DNA from: a virus
DNA length: 41,473 nt
Reading direction: 5' to 3' (one strand)
IMG/VR virus record: IMGVR_UViG_3300049215_000197
Location: 1-41,473 of that record
Shown here: positions 24,643-32,249 of the stretch, in pieces
Position numbering within the stretch: the stretch's first letter is position 1
How the letters are laid out: each line of letters starts with the position of its first letter
Made by a program: the position numbers and the translations under genes
Notes under the pieces: model-generated
What the model saw: the letters and a program-made list of their open reading frames with translations, nothing else
Database searches by the model: none
Told to the model about the DNA's origin: nothing

Positions 24643-24942
24643 ATGGCCGTAAGTACAAGGAAGATCAGCTCTAAAATTAAGTTCTACCGTCTTGATTCAA
24701 TTCTACCTACAGAGAACCAAGAGGTATTAGCCTATGTTAAATTCCTGGTTCATTCGCATCGTTCGGATGAAGACAGTACTGGAGAAATATTTAGATATGT
24801 ACCTACTGTTTACAGCAAAGAAAAAGGATTTAACATTAAAGATACAGTTACTGGTCAAGCCCTTTACATTCCTAATATCCTTGGCTGGACTCCTCTTCCT
24901 GATAAATTCCCTGACTACCTAATAGAGGAAGAAGATGAATAA
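24643..24942 (+). CDS. DUF551-like protein (about 99 aa; start moved to ATG 24643, which has a GGAG SD)
   Basis: The pattern ...LPTENQEVLAYV......ILGWTPLPDKFP resembles DUF551 (recalled from memory). Confidence 0.5.
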   Translation: MAVSTRKISSKIKFYRLDSILPTENQEVLAYVKFLVHSHRSDEDSTGEIFRYVPTVYSKEKGFNIKDTVTGQALYIPNILGWTPLPDKFPDYLIEEEDE

Positions 24943-25306
24943 CTTAAGGTACCTTATCGAGTTCAACCTAGACTTCGACAAAGATAAAGTGCACAAGTTC
25001 ACTACCTGGGCATTTGGTGACGACTTCAAAGACAAGAAGCTAGATGAAATAAGACAGCTATGGAACAAGATACACGGCCACCAGTTCAAGGTAGTACCCA
25101 ATGAGAACATAGCCGTAACTGTGCCTCATATGATAGAGTTATGGAAGCAAGACGGCGACCATGAGAAAGCCAATGCCATATGGCAGGAGCAAGACAAATC
25201 CGTAACCATGTCCGAGTGGAAGCAATTCTATGATGACAGGCTTACAGATCAGAGAGATAAGCAGAAGTATACAAATGAAGTAAGAAGCATAAGGAGTAAA
25301 AATTGA
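24935..25306 (+). CDS. Hypothetical protein (123 aa)
   Basis: ORF overlapping both neighbours by a few nt. Confidence 0.6.
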   Translation: MNNLRYLIEFNLDFDKDKVHKFTTWAFGDDFKDKKLDEIRQLWNKIHGHQFKVVPNENIAVTVPHMIELWKQDGDHEKANAIWQEQDKSVTMSEWKQFYDDRLTDQRDKQKYTNEVRSIRSKN

Positions 25307-25623
25307 TGTGCTGGAAGAGAATAGAAGACGAGTTACCCAATCCTGGAATGAAGGTGCTGGTGGAATTCGACGATGGAGAAAAGCAATACTTTGAAGTAGA
25401 AGAAGAAAAAGGAAGAATTCTTAATGAATTGAAATTTAGGCAGTATTCCACATCAGGTAATATTCCAAGAAATGATGTGCATTGCGCTAAGAATGAGCGA
25501 ATTAAATACTGGATGGAGGTGCCATTGAATGCATTTAAACCCAATTTCGGAACCCTCCTGTGCATGGGTTCATCCCCACTAAGCTTTACATATAAACCAT
25601 TAACCCAAAGCCGTTGCTACTAG
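25306..25623 (+). CDS. DUF551-like protein (105 aa)
   Basis: MCWKRIEDELPNPGMKVLVEF...IKYWMEVP. TGATG coupling to the upstream gene. Confidence 0.5.
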   Translation: MCWKRIEDELPNPGMKVLVEFDDGEKQYFEVEEEKGRILNELKFRQYSTSGNIPRNDVHCAKNERIKYWMEVPLNAFKPNFGTLLCMGSSPLSFTYKPLTQSRCY

Positions 25624-25630
25624 GAGAATT

Positions 25631-26029
25631 ATGCTAATAACAAGAAAAAATACAACTATTAACTTATTAAATGTAGATGCAATTACATCTACTAATGGAA
25701 TTACATCATGTCAAATTAATTTTTATATTGGAGATAAAGCTCATTACTTTGTATATGATACAAAAACTGAACGTGATTCCGACTTGGAATTCATCCTAGA
25801 AGCATGGGAGTCAGTAGAAGCTATTGAAGCTCACTACAACATTACGAATCGGCACTTAAACAAGTGGCTAGATGCCGACTGCCATACGCCTACCAATGAA
25901 CAGGAAGTGCGGGTTAAGCTAGCTGATAACCAGGAATTCGGTGCGGTATACAGACATGGGAAATTCTGCTTAAACTCCAGTGAATTAGCATATTTCTCAA
26001 ACGTTAAATATTGGAGAAGTGTATGCTAG
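25631..26029 (+). CDS. Two-domain paralog 1 (132 aa): MLxR-type N-domain plus a DUF551-like C-domain
   Basis: GGAG SD. The C-terminus ...VKYWRSVC and its junction sequence are shared with the next gene. Confidence 0.6.
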   Translation: MLITRKNTTINLLNVDAITSTNGITSCQINFYIGDKAHYFVYDTKTERDSDLEFILEAWESVEAIEAHYNITNRHLNKWLDADCHTPTNEQEVRVKLADNQEFGAVYRHGKFCLNSSELAYFSNVKYWRSVC

Positions 26030-26451
26030 TAAGACTTGATAATAACATTTTAGATATAAGTAATTTAGAAATTATTAGGCTTCAAGATACAACTAGTAGT
26101 GATAATGTTTACCTAAGCTTATTATTTAAGGATCACACAAGTTATTCATTTTATTACGCTGATAAAAAATTAGCCCAGTGCCACTTTGAATTCCTATGGA
26201 GTCAAATTAAGAAGTCAAATTATAACCATGTGGAATACGAAGAAAAAGCTGCGAAACCTAAAGAAGCACCTGAATGGATATCCGTTCATACAGCAATGCC
26301 CTCACAAGACTGTAAATGCTATATCCAATGCGAAGATGGGTACCAATATGCAGTAGTGTATGATTCCGACATAGAGAAATTCAAGACAAGGTTCTCTGAT
26401 GGGGATGACGACTACTTCATTAATGTAACTCATTGGAGGCCACGATGCTAG
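26023..26451 (+). CDS. Two-domain paralog 2 (142 aa)
   Basis: Starts MLVRLDNNILDISNLEII and ends ...VTHWRPRC. ATGCTAG overlap with the upstream stop. Confidence 0.6.
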   Translation: MLVRLDNNILDISNLEIIRLQDTTSSDNVYLSLLFKDHTSYSFYYADKKLAQCHFEFLWSQIKKSNYNHVEYEEKAAKPKEAPEWISVHTAMPSQDCKCYIQCEDGYQYAVVYDSDIEKFKTRFSDGDDDYFINVTHWRPRC

Positions 26452-26663
26452 TCAGAAACTTAGACAAGGTAATATGCCTGGACCATGTATTCGTCATGTC
26501 CAAGAGAGAATACAAGAAGCAAATCGGTTATGATGAGGTGGCTTATGCCATCTCATTTGCTTCTATTAGTGACTACGGAGTAGAAGAATGGGAGTGGGAC
26601 ACCCCTGAACAAAGAGATGCCGTATTCGAAGGCATATACAGCCAATGGGTCAAGAAGTATTAA
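26445..26663 (+). CDS. Paralog 3, N-domain only (72 aa)
   Basis: Starts MLVRNLDKVICLDHVFV. Has the same ATGCTAG junction. Confidence 0.55.
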   Translation: MLVRNLDKVICLDHVFVMSKREYKKQIGYDEVAYAISFASISDYGVEEWEWDTPEQRDAVFEGIYSQWVKKY

Positions 26664-26794
26664 GGCCAGTGCTTGTATATCAGCCTCAATACAAAGGCAA
26701 TGACGGCACCCATGATAAGGCATAGGTATATAGCCATTACTATGGTAAGTGCCGTGGTTACGTCTTGTAAATAGGTTACACTATATTCCTGCAT
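26660..26794 (-). CDS. Possible 44-aa single-TM peptide (MQEYSVTYLQDVTTALTIVMAIYLCLIMGAVIAFVLRLIYKHWP)
   Basis: Hand-translated. Starts 2 nt after the tRNA-Asn 3' end, so any SD would lie inside the tRNA. It fills the gap to the convergent gene. Confidence 0.3.
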   Translation of the reverse strand: MQEYSVTYLQDVTTALTIVMAIYLCLIMGAVIAFVLRLIYKHWP

Positions 26795-26795
26795 C

Positions 26796-26866
26796 TGCAC
26801 TACCAGGGCTCGAACCTGGGACCTTGAAATTAACAGTTTCCTGCTCTACCACTGAGCTATAGTGCA
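26796..26866 (-). tRNA. tRNA-Asn (anticodon GTT)
   Basis: Hand fold. Acceptor TGCACTA/TAGTGCA. D arm GCTC-AGTGGTA-GAGC. Anticodon loop CTGTTAA. T arm CCAGG-TTCGAGC-CCTGG. No encoded CCA. Confidence 0.85.
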
Positions 26867-26890
26867 ATAAATTACTCTAATTCCTTAATG

Positions 26891-27358
26891 TTACCATTGT
26901 GGTTCTGTTGAATCAATTATTCTGCTTCCCCAGTACTCATCGTCGCTGAAGTCGCCTGTCTCCTGAACTTCATTACCTCTCCTGTGAAGCAATTTCTTAA
27001 AGGATCTCGTCCGTAGTCTTGCTCGTATTTCTCTGCCCATCTTATCAGTTCCATCAAAATAATAGAAGGGTTCTTCCCACGGCTCACCCTCTTTTGCTTC
27101 ATACTCTTCTTCTTTCTTCTTAATCCGCTCATATACCTCCAGGAATTTAGCCTTCAGCTTCTGAAACTCTGCTGATCTAATTGGGTCATGCCTGCACTTG
27201 TATTCCATTTCCAGCACTATAAGGTAGTAACCCCATAGGTCATCGCTATCCTCGCCGAAACGAGGACATGGGTACCACAATAGGTCAGGAGTAAAGAATT
27301 GATAAATAGGAGGAGGTAATGCCGTAATGGTAGTTGCGGAATCAGGAATTGCTTTCAT
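26891..27358 (-). CDS. Hypothetical acidic protein (155 aa; start moved to ATG 27358, which has a GGAGG SD)
   Basis: TTGGAGGTGT-ATG. No motif recognised. Confidence 0.65.
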   Translation of the reverse strand: MKAIPDSATTITALPPPIYQFFTPDLLWYPCPRFGEDSDDLWGYYLIVLEMEYKCRHDPIRSAEFQKLKAKFLEVYERIKKKEEEYEAKEGEPWEEPFYYFDGTDKMGREIRARLRTRSFKKLLHRRGNEVQETGDFSDDEYWGSRIIDSTEPQW

Positions 27359-27459
27359 ACACCTCCAATGAAAAACCCGCACAACACAATGTCATGCGGG
27401 CAAAGGAATCTCCAATGAATTAATGAAGAGTTACGTTCTTCTTCTTCAACATATGACAT
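27355..27459 (-). CDS. Possible 34-aa upstream ORF (MSYVEEEERNSSLIHWRFLCPHDIVLCGFFIGGV) spanning the 27371-27400 terminator and ending in a TATGA overlap with the next gene
   Basis: Hand-translated. Weak SD. Confidence 0.3.
   Translation of the reverse strand: MSYVEEEERNSSLIHWRFLCPHDIVLCGFFIGGV
27371..27400 (-). terminator. Rho-independent terminator (leftward) immediately upstream of the SD of 26891..27358
   Basis: Minus-sense CCCGCA-tgacattgtgttg-TGCGGG followed by TTTTTC, then ATTGGAGGTGTATG. Confidence 0.5.
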
Positions 27460-27486
27460 CCCGTAATTTATGTCATCATTTTCTTT

Positions 27487-27507
27487 CTTAATGGAATCTT
27501 AATCTAT
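27487..27507. repeat. 21-nt direct repeat, copy 1 (cttaatggaatcttaatctat); contains CTTAAT twice
   Basis: 19/21 identical to 27846..27866. Confidence 0.8.
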
Positions 27508-27526
27508 GTACACAGATTTGTGTACA
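27507..27526. promoter_or_regulatory. Perfect 8-4-8 inverted repeat TGTACACA-gatt-TGTGTACA (candidate operator)
   Basis: Read directly. Abuts repeat copy 1 and a terminator. Confidence 0.4.
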
Positions 27527-27527
27527 G

Positions 27528-27565
27528 AAAAAGTAAGCCCCCAAGGTGACTGAATCCTTGAGGGC
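27528..27565 (-). terminator. Rho-independent terminator (leftward), paralogous module A
   Basis: Minus-sense GCCCTCAAGG-attcagtca-CCTTGGGGGC followed by TTACTTTTTC. One G-U pair that exists only in minus sense. Confidence 0.65.
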
Positions 27566-27625
27566 TACAACTCAAAAGGCAGAGGAAACATTACCTATGC
27601 GCCTACAGAATACAAAATGCCGTAT

Positions 27626-27661
27626 AAAAAGTAAACCCCCTAGCGCGTAAACACTAGAGGG
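27626..27661 (-). terminator. Rho-independent terminator (leftward), paralogous module B
   Basis: Minus-sense CCCTCTAG-tgtttacgcg-CTAGGGGG followed by TTTACTTTTTATAC. It shares the flanks (AAAAAGTAA-CCCCC...GAGGGCT) and the G-U position with module A. Confidence 0.65.
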
Positions 27662-27845
27662 CTCACCCTATGAATGGTTTTGGACAGAAGAATTTTACGC
27701 TTCTTCTGCAACCTCATCCTACATAATTCCGTATTTAAAGAGAAATATATTCATATCACTTTGAATATAAGGTATTTATGAACCAGGTAACATTATGTGA
27801 CGAATTCACACATCTAATGTGCGGATTTGACACATGAGCTCATAT

Positions 27846-27866
27846 CTTAATCGGATCTTAATCTAT
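27846..27866. repeat. 21-nt direct repeat, copy 2 (cttaatcggatcttaatctat)
   Basis: 19/21 identical to 27487..27507. A 10-bp palindrome ATGAGCTCAT lies just upstream. Confidence 0.8.
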
Positions 27867-28202
27867 TATGATACAGAACTAAGGTGCGGGCATCACGCAT
27901 GTGAGAAGGAGAATAGGTCCTATATACTTAAATGGTTCTGCCTTAGTCACTTGAATTATTAACTAGGTTTGGAAAAATTTTCAGTGACATTAGGTAATAG
28001 GTATCACGTACTCCCTATGGGGCAAGGGGGGTCTTGTGCCTATCAATTTAAAGTTTTAATTACTGCATTACAGGCCCATAGAGAGCATGACGCACACGCT
28101 AGGCTATAGATACAAAGGGCAGCAATAGAGGCTGCAACCTAGGGCATTATAGCGCGAATTAGGGTGGGTCATAATCTCCATTATGGTTAAACACCGCTCA
28201 CG

Positions 28203-28610
28203 CTATTGTGTGAGCTCATTGGGTGTGGCATAGTTGACAACGTTGACTTGCAACTGACCCTTTACATCGGCTTTAAGTTCTTGCTTGTCCGACCAGCCGT
28301 ACCTGTTGCTCATGTTATAGTACCATGTTCGGCTATTACCTAGGCAACTCCCTAGTGCTTGCCTTTTACCTATGTCTTCCCACATGGCTTTCCCTTCCTG
28401 CAATGCAAGTTCAAAGACAGAATTTGAGAACTCATCAGGGTATTTGCTAAACCATTCTTTGATAGTTTTGTAGCATAACCCCCCAAACGAATCGACACTA
28501 TATCCGCCCCGCACATGAGTGCATAGCTCCTTAAATAGCTCAGCTCTCATTTCCTTGTCAGCTTCTAGTTTAGCCACCTTCTCTTCATAAGTCATCTTTT
28601 CATGTTTCAT
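28203..28610 (-). CDS. Terminase-small-subunit-like HTH protein (135 aa)
   Basis: The pattern ...GGYSVDSFGGLCYKTIKEWFSKYPDEFSNSVFELALQEGKAMWE...GNSRTWYYNMSNRYGWSDKQE resembles HTH-type TerS proteins (recalled from memory). It lies about 6 kb from terL. Confidence 0.45.
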   Translation of the reverse strand: MKHEKMTYEEKVAKLEADKEMRAELFKELCTHVRGGYSVDSFGGLCYKTIKEWFSKYPDEFSNSVFELALQEGKAMWEDIGKRQALGSCLGNSRTWYYNMSNRYGWSDKQELKADVKGQLQVNVVNYATPNELTQ

Positions 28611-28695
28611 ACGTTTCTCCTTAGTTTACACCCTTCATAACCCCTTGATTACCATATAGTTGAGAGAACATTTTCTGTAAATGCCATCATCATGC

Positions 28696-28725
28696 TTGCA
28701 TTAAATCTTGCATGTGTGCTAGTAT
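28696..28725 (+). promoter_or_regulatory. Candidate sigma70-type early promoter TTGCAT-N18-TAGTAT, with CTTGCAT duplicated
   Basis: Read directly in the divergent intergenic region upstream of the rightward early operon. Confidence 0.3.
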
Positions 28726-28861
28726 TAAACCATACGCAAGCTCAAGGTACTCAATGAGTAACACAAAGCAAGCGTAACCTGATTGACTCCTAGGTGTCCT
28801 ATTAGATTAGGCTAGTCGAGAGATCAGTGATTAGAAAAAAGCCGTAAATTAAGAGGTGAGA

Positions 28862-29044
28862 ATGAAAGGTACACAATTCAATTACAAGCTCTCGGCAGGG
28901 TACGACGATGAGCACGGGATGACATTTATTAGGGTATTCTCCGATGATATCCTTGTAATTAATCGAGAGAGATTAAGGTATGAGAGCCTTGGATACACAA
29001 CGCATTTAGAGTGTATCAATGAGCAAATGGAGGTGTCAGCATGA
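28862..29044 (+). CDS. Early protein (60 aa)
   Basis: ATG inside the conserved GTGAGAATGAAA cassette. GAGG SD. Confidence 0.6.
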   Translation: MKGTQFNYKLSAGYDDEHGMTFIRVFSDDILVINRERLRYESLGYTTHLECINEQMEVSA

Positions 29045-29304
29045 GTAAATTCTATAAGGTAACATTAGGCAACCACAAAAATGGACAGCAAGCATATACT
29101 TGCAAAAGGAATTTCTATACCAAGAGAATGGCCTTGCATTTTATCGAAAGGACATTAAATGAGGGTCAATATAGGGATGCTGTATTGACAACACATGAAG
29201 TAGATGAGTTCAATTTGGTGAGCCTTATCGATTCACAGGAATTTCAATATGAAAATATAACTCAGCAAATTTACCGTATCTCTCATGAGGTGATCTATGA
29301 CTGA
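29041..29304 (+). CDS. Early protein (87 aa)
   Basis: ATGA coupling. Confidence 0.6.
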   Translation: MSKFYKVTLGNHKNGQQAYTCKRNFYTKRMALHFIERTLNEGQYRDAVLTTHEVDEFNLVSLIDSQEFQYENITQQIYRISHEVIYD

Positions 29305-29554
29305 AGACTACGGATCAGTTACACATGAGGGGCGCGAGCTCCTCTTTACACAAGAGCCCTACCTTGATTTAAATATTAGGGGAAGCGAAACATTCGAAGG
29401 CTTTTTTGTATGGGCCGAATGTGAAGAGTTTGAATATAAACTCTTTTGGCCATATAACCGCGACGAATTAGAACTAAAACCCGATGACGATACGGAAGAC
29501 TGCTTCCTTGTCAACTGGAACAATTTTAAAGTTTTATGTAAATTTAAACTATAG
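29297..29554 (+). CDS. Acidic early protein (85 aa)
   Basis: Overlapping start. Asp/Glu-rich. Confidence 0.6.
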   Translation: MTEDYGSVTHEGRELLFTQEPYLDLNIRGSETFEGFFVWAECEEFEYKLFWPYNRDELELKPDDDTEDCFLVNWNNFKVLCKFKL

Positions 29555-29564
29555 GAAGGTGAGA

Positions 29565-29771
29565 ATGAAATATAAAATTGAAGTAGACAGCGATATACTA
29601 TCAAGTAAATATGAAACTAAATCATATGAAATGATGTTAAGTATTGTTAAAGAATGTTATGATAATCATAATTTTGATGTAAAAATATTTGAATTTAATG
29701 ATCAAGAAAGGCTTGTGGGTTTTGAACATTATCGGCCTAAAGCATTTCCAAAATTAACACATAAAATTTAA
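29565..29771 (+). CDS. Early protein (68 aa), AT-rich
   Basis: ATG in the second copy of GTGAGAATGAAA. Confidence 0.55.
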   Translation: MKYKIEVDSDILSSKYETKSYEMMLSIVKECYDNHNFDVKIFEFNDQERLVGFEHYRPKAFPKLTHKI

Positions 29772-29787
29772 TCCAAGGAGAGTGAGA

Positions 29788-30207
29788 ATGAAATATAACC
29801 AATTTTTTGAAGTAGCCACCCGAAAGGATGGAACTAATTTCGTTAGGCATACTAATAATGCGCCTGAATATCTAAAGGAATTTGTACAAAAGGTACATCA
29901 GGAACTAGAGTGCGGATTACCTAATGACTGGATATACAATGAAATTAGCAACGCCTTTGACGCCATTGAAATAGATGAGCTTGAGGAAACCCCTTTTAAT
30001 CCTGATGAATATACCCATCAGCTATTTGAATGGGCTAAGTCAGGTTGGGCGCAATACATGATTCAGCTTTACAATGACAATATTCATCATAGTAAAGACA
30101 TGATGGAGCAGATTCAAAATGGCCAATGGTACGCAGCCGACCGAATATTTCATTTGGTTAAGGAATTCATAGAGGAGAACGAAGAAGAGGAGCAAGAAAA
30201 TGACTGA
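29788..30207 (+). CDS. Early protein (139 aa) with an acidic C-terminal tail
   Basis: ATG in the third copy of GTGAGAATGAAA. Confidence 0.6.
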   Translation: MKYNQFFEVATRKDGTNFVRHTNNAPEYLKEFVQKVHQELECGLPNDWIYNEISNAFDAIEIDELEETPFNPDEYTHQLFEWAKSGWAQYMIQLYNDNIHHSKDMMEQIQNGQWYAADRIFHLVKEFIEENEEEEQEND

Positions 30208-30490
30208 AATGCACGCCATCATCAAAGGCAAGAAGTACGATACCGAGACGGCGAGGAGGATAGGGAGTCGGGAAGACTGGGATGACTCGGTAAACTATTG
30301 GCAGCATGAAACCTTTTACTTAAAGAGAACAGGTGAATTCTTTCGTGTAGATGACAAGCGGACAACGTGGGGAAACATTTACAACTACAAAAGAATTGTG
30401 CCTATATCTTTAGAGGAAGCTAAGAGTGCACTAGAGAAAATATTAAAGGTGGAGATCTATGAAAAGGTTTTCGGAGAGGTAGAGGAATAA
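30200..30490 (+). CDS. Early protein (96 aa)
   Basis: Overlapping start. Confidence 0.6.
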   Translation: MTEMHAIIKGKKYDTETARRIGSREDWDDSVNYWQHETFYLKRTGEFFRVDDKRTTWGNIYNYKRIVPISLEEAKSALEKILKVEIYEKVFGEVEE

Positions 30491-30492
30491 CA

Positions 30493-30789
30493 ATGAGTAA
30501 AAGAAAGCCTAAAATGGTGAAACACTTTTACGGATTCAGATACACGGGAGCAAGCAAAACTTCCGTGTGGGTAAATACTAAATACGTTGTTGGATACCTT
30601 TATATCTTCACCTCTAAACTTTCTAGGCAAGCATGGCTAGAAAGAGAGAACCTATCCGTTTCAACTGGATTAGGAGGAGGCAAAAGAGAAAGTATCTTCT
30701 GTACAAAAGCAATTGAATTAGTTGGACTAACACAATTCAGATGCCAATTAGAAAATTTTAAACCAGAGGATCAGTATAACTATGATTGA
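30493..30789 (+). CDS. Early protein (98 aa), basic
   Basis: Starts 2 nt after the upstream stop. Confidence 0.6.
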   Translation: MSKRKPKMVKHFYGFRYTGASKTSVWVNTKYVVGYLYIFTSKLSRQAWLERENLSVSTGLGGGKRESIFCTKAIELVGLTQFRCQLENFKPEDQYNYD

Positions 30790-30875
30790 ATCAATTATAC
30801 AATTCATATTTACGCTAGTCATCATTGACATAATGCAAGATGTGAGAAAGCACGGAATAAAAGTAACCATAAGGG

Positions 30876-31157
30876 ATGAAAATGTTCGATAAAGATAAAT
30901 TTAGAGATGAGGTTAGAAACGAAGTACCAATTTTCCGTGAGGCATTATCGGAATTCATGGAGCAATACTTTGAGAAGAAAAATATAGCTATACTGGGAGC
31001 GGTGGGTGTAATCGTGCCCACTCTTATAGACTTGCTCCTATTTGTTATTCACGAGGTGCCGATAAATAAAGAAGGAAAAAGAGAACTCTTTGAGCAGGCA
31101 TTAAAGGGAGCCAAAAAGCTATATGATGAATACGAAAGTAATAATAAGGAGGGCTAA
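30876..31157 (+). CDS. Small membrane protein (93 aa; alternative ATG at 30882)
   Basis: Central hydrophobic segment ILGAVGVIVPTLIDLLLFVI. Confidence 0.55.
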   Translation: MKMFDKDKFRDEVRNEVPIFREALSEFMEQYFEKKNIAILGAVGVIVPTLIDLLLFVIHEVPINKEGKRELFEQALKGAKKLYDEYESNNKEG

Positions 31158-31393
31158 TGGGCAAATACAAAGCCAAGGAAATTAAATACGTGGGGACTCA
31201 TGCAATTAGTGCAAGGGTTCCTCATGACTTATATGTCATGTTCAAGACACTGTGCATCGAGAACGGCATATCTATCAACGAAGGAATAGTGCAGTATTTG
31301 CGCTACCTTAAGTCACATCATAAAAGCATAAGGGAGGTACACAATGAGTCAACAGTTAGCGATTTCGAACTGGATGGGCGCAAGTCTCCATGA
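31157..31393 (+). CDS. Ribbon-helix-helix (Arc/CopG-like) DNA-binding protein (78 aa). Possible Xis or regulator.
   Basis: The pattern ISARVPHDLYVMFKTLCIENGISINEGIVQYL fits a beta-alpha-alpha RHH. It lies immediately upstream of the recombinase. Confidence 0.5.
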   Translation: MGKYKAKEIKYVGTHAISARVPHDLYVMFKTLCIENGISINEGIVQYLRYLKSHHKSIREVHNESTVSDFELDGRKSP

Positions 31394-32249
31394 GTTCACT
31401 AGCCATTTAATGCTTGAGAAGTCAGCTCCTACAGTTGAAGCCTACCGTTATGACATAGGCAGGTTCTTAGAATTCCTCATGGAAAAGAAAGTGAGACGTG
31501 CGGGACACATCAAAGCTAGCCATGTGGTTCAGTATCTAGGGTTCTGCAAGCAAGGGGGCTCGGCTGATGCCAGTATCAATAGATACTACATGGCTATAAG
31601 GAATTACTGTAATTTCCTGATGAGAACAGGGGCTATAGAGAAGGAGTTCTGCCGTGATGTGCCTGTACCTAAGCTCAGTGTTGTAGCCCCTAGGATACCA
31701 ACACGTGAAGAGGTGATGCGGATACTAGCCCAGCCCGATGTAACTACCGAATTGGGATGCCGAGATAAGGCTATACTTGAGCTACTTTATAGCTCAGGTT
31801 TGAGGTCTAGTGAGATATGTGACCTAGAACTGCACCATTTGACTCAGGACAGCGTAACGGTGTTGTGCGGTAAGAGGGGTAAGACCCGCACCGTACCTAT
31901 CACCACGGCAGCCTATGACAGTATAATGGCCTATGTCTTAAATTTCAGAGGGAGACAGAAAGGTTACTTATTTGTAACCATAATGGGTAAGCAAATGCGC
32001 AGGCAAAAGCTATGCGCTATCGTAGAGAAGTACGCCACTAACGCGGGAGTTGAGGCCGTGACCACTCACACCCTACGGCATACATGTGCCACGCATCTAT
32101 TGGATCAAGGCGCAGGGCTTAGGTTCATACAAGAGATACTAGGACACAAAAGCATTGCTTCAACTGAGAGGTATACGCATCTCTCTAGCGAGTCAATGAA
32201 AAGCATGTTTAAAACATTTCACCCAAGGCAGGAGGTAGCGCATGGATGA
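31344..32249 (+). CDS. Tyrosine recombinase, XerC/XerD-type (301 aa)
   Basis: SAM-like N-domain (TVEAYRYDIGRFLEFL). Catalytic residues are all present: R in SGLRSSE, HTLRH, ILGH, and Y in TERYTHL. Strong AGGGAGG SD. Confidence 0.85.
   Translation: MSQQLAISNWMGASLHEFTSHLMLEKSAPTVEAYRYDIGRFLEFLMEKKVRRAGHIKASHVVQYLGFCKQGGSADASINRYYMAIRNYCNFLMRTGAIEKEFCRDVPVPKLSVVAPRIPTREEVMRILAQPDVTTELGCRDKAILELLYSSGLRSSEICDLELHHLTQDSVTVLCGKRGKTRTVPITTAAYDSIMAYVLNFRGRQKGYLFVTIMGKQMRRQKLCAIVEKYATNAGVEAVTTHTLRHTCATHLLDQGAGLRFIQEILGHKSIASTERYTHLSSESMKSMFKTFHPRQEVAHG

Noticed and set aside
27487-27866. Possible CRISPR-like mini-array from the 21-nt repeats
   Set aside because: Only two copies exist, 359 bp apart. 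There is no regular repeat-spacer periodicity and no cas genes. They are treated as protein-binding or arm-type repeats instead.
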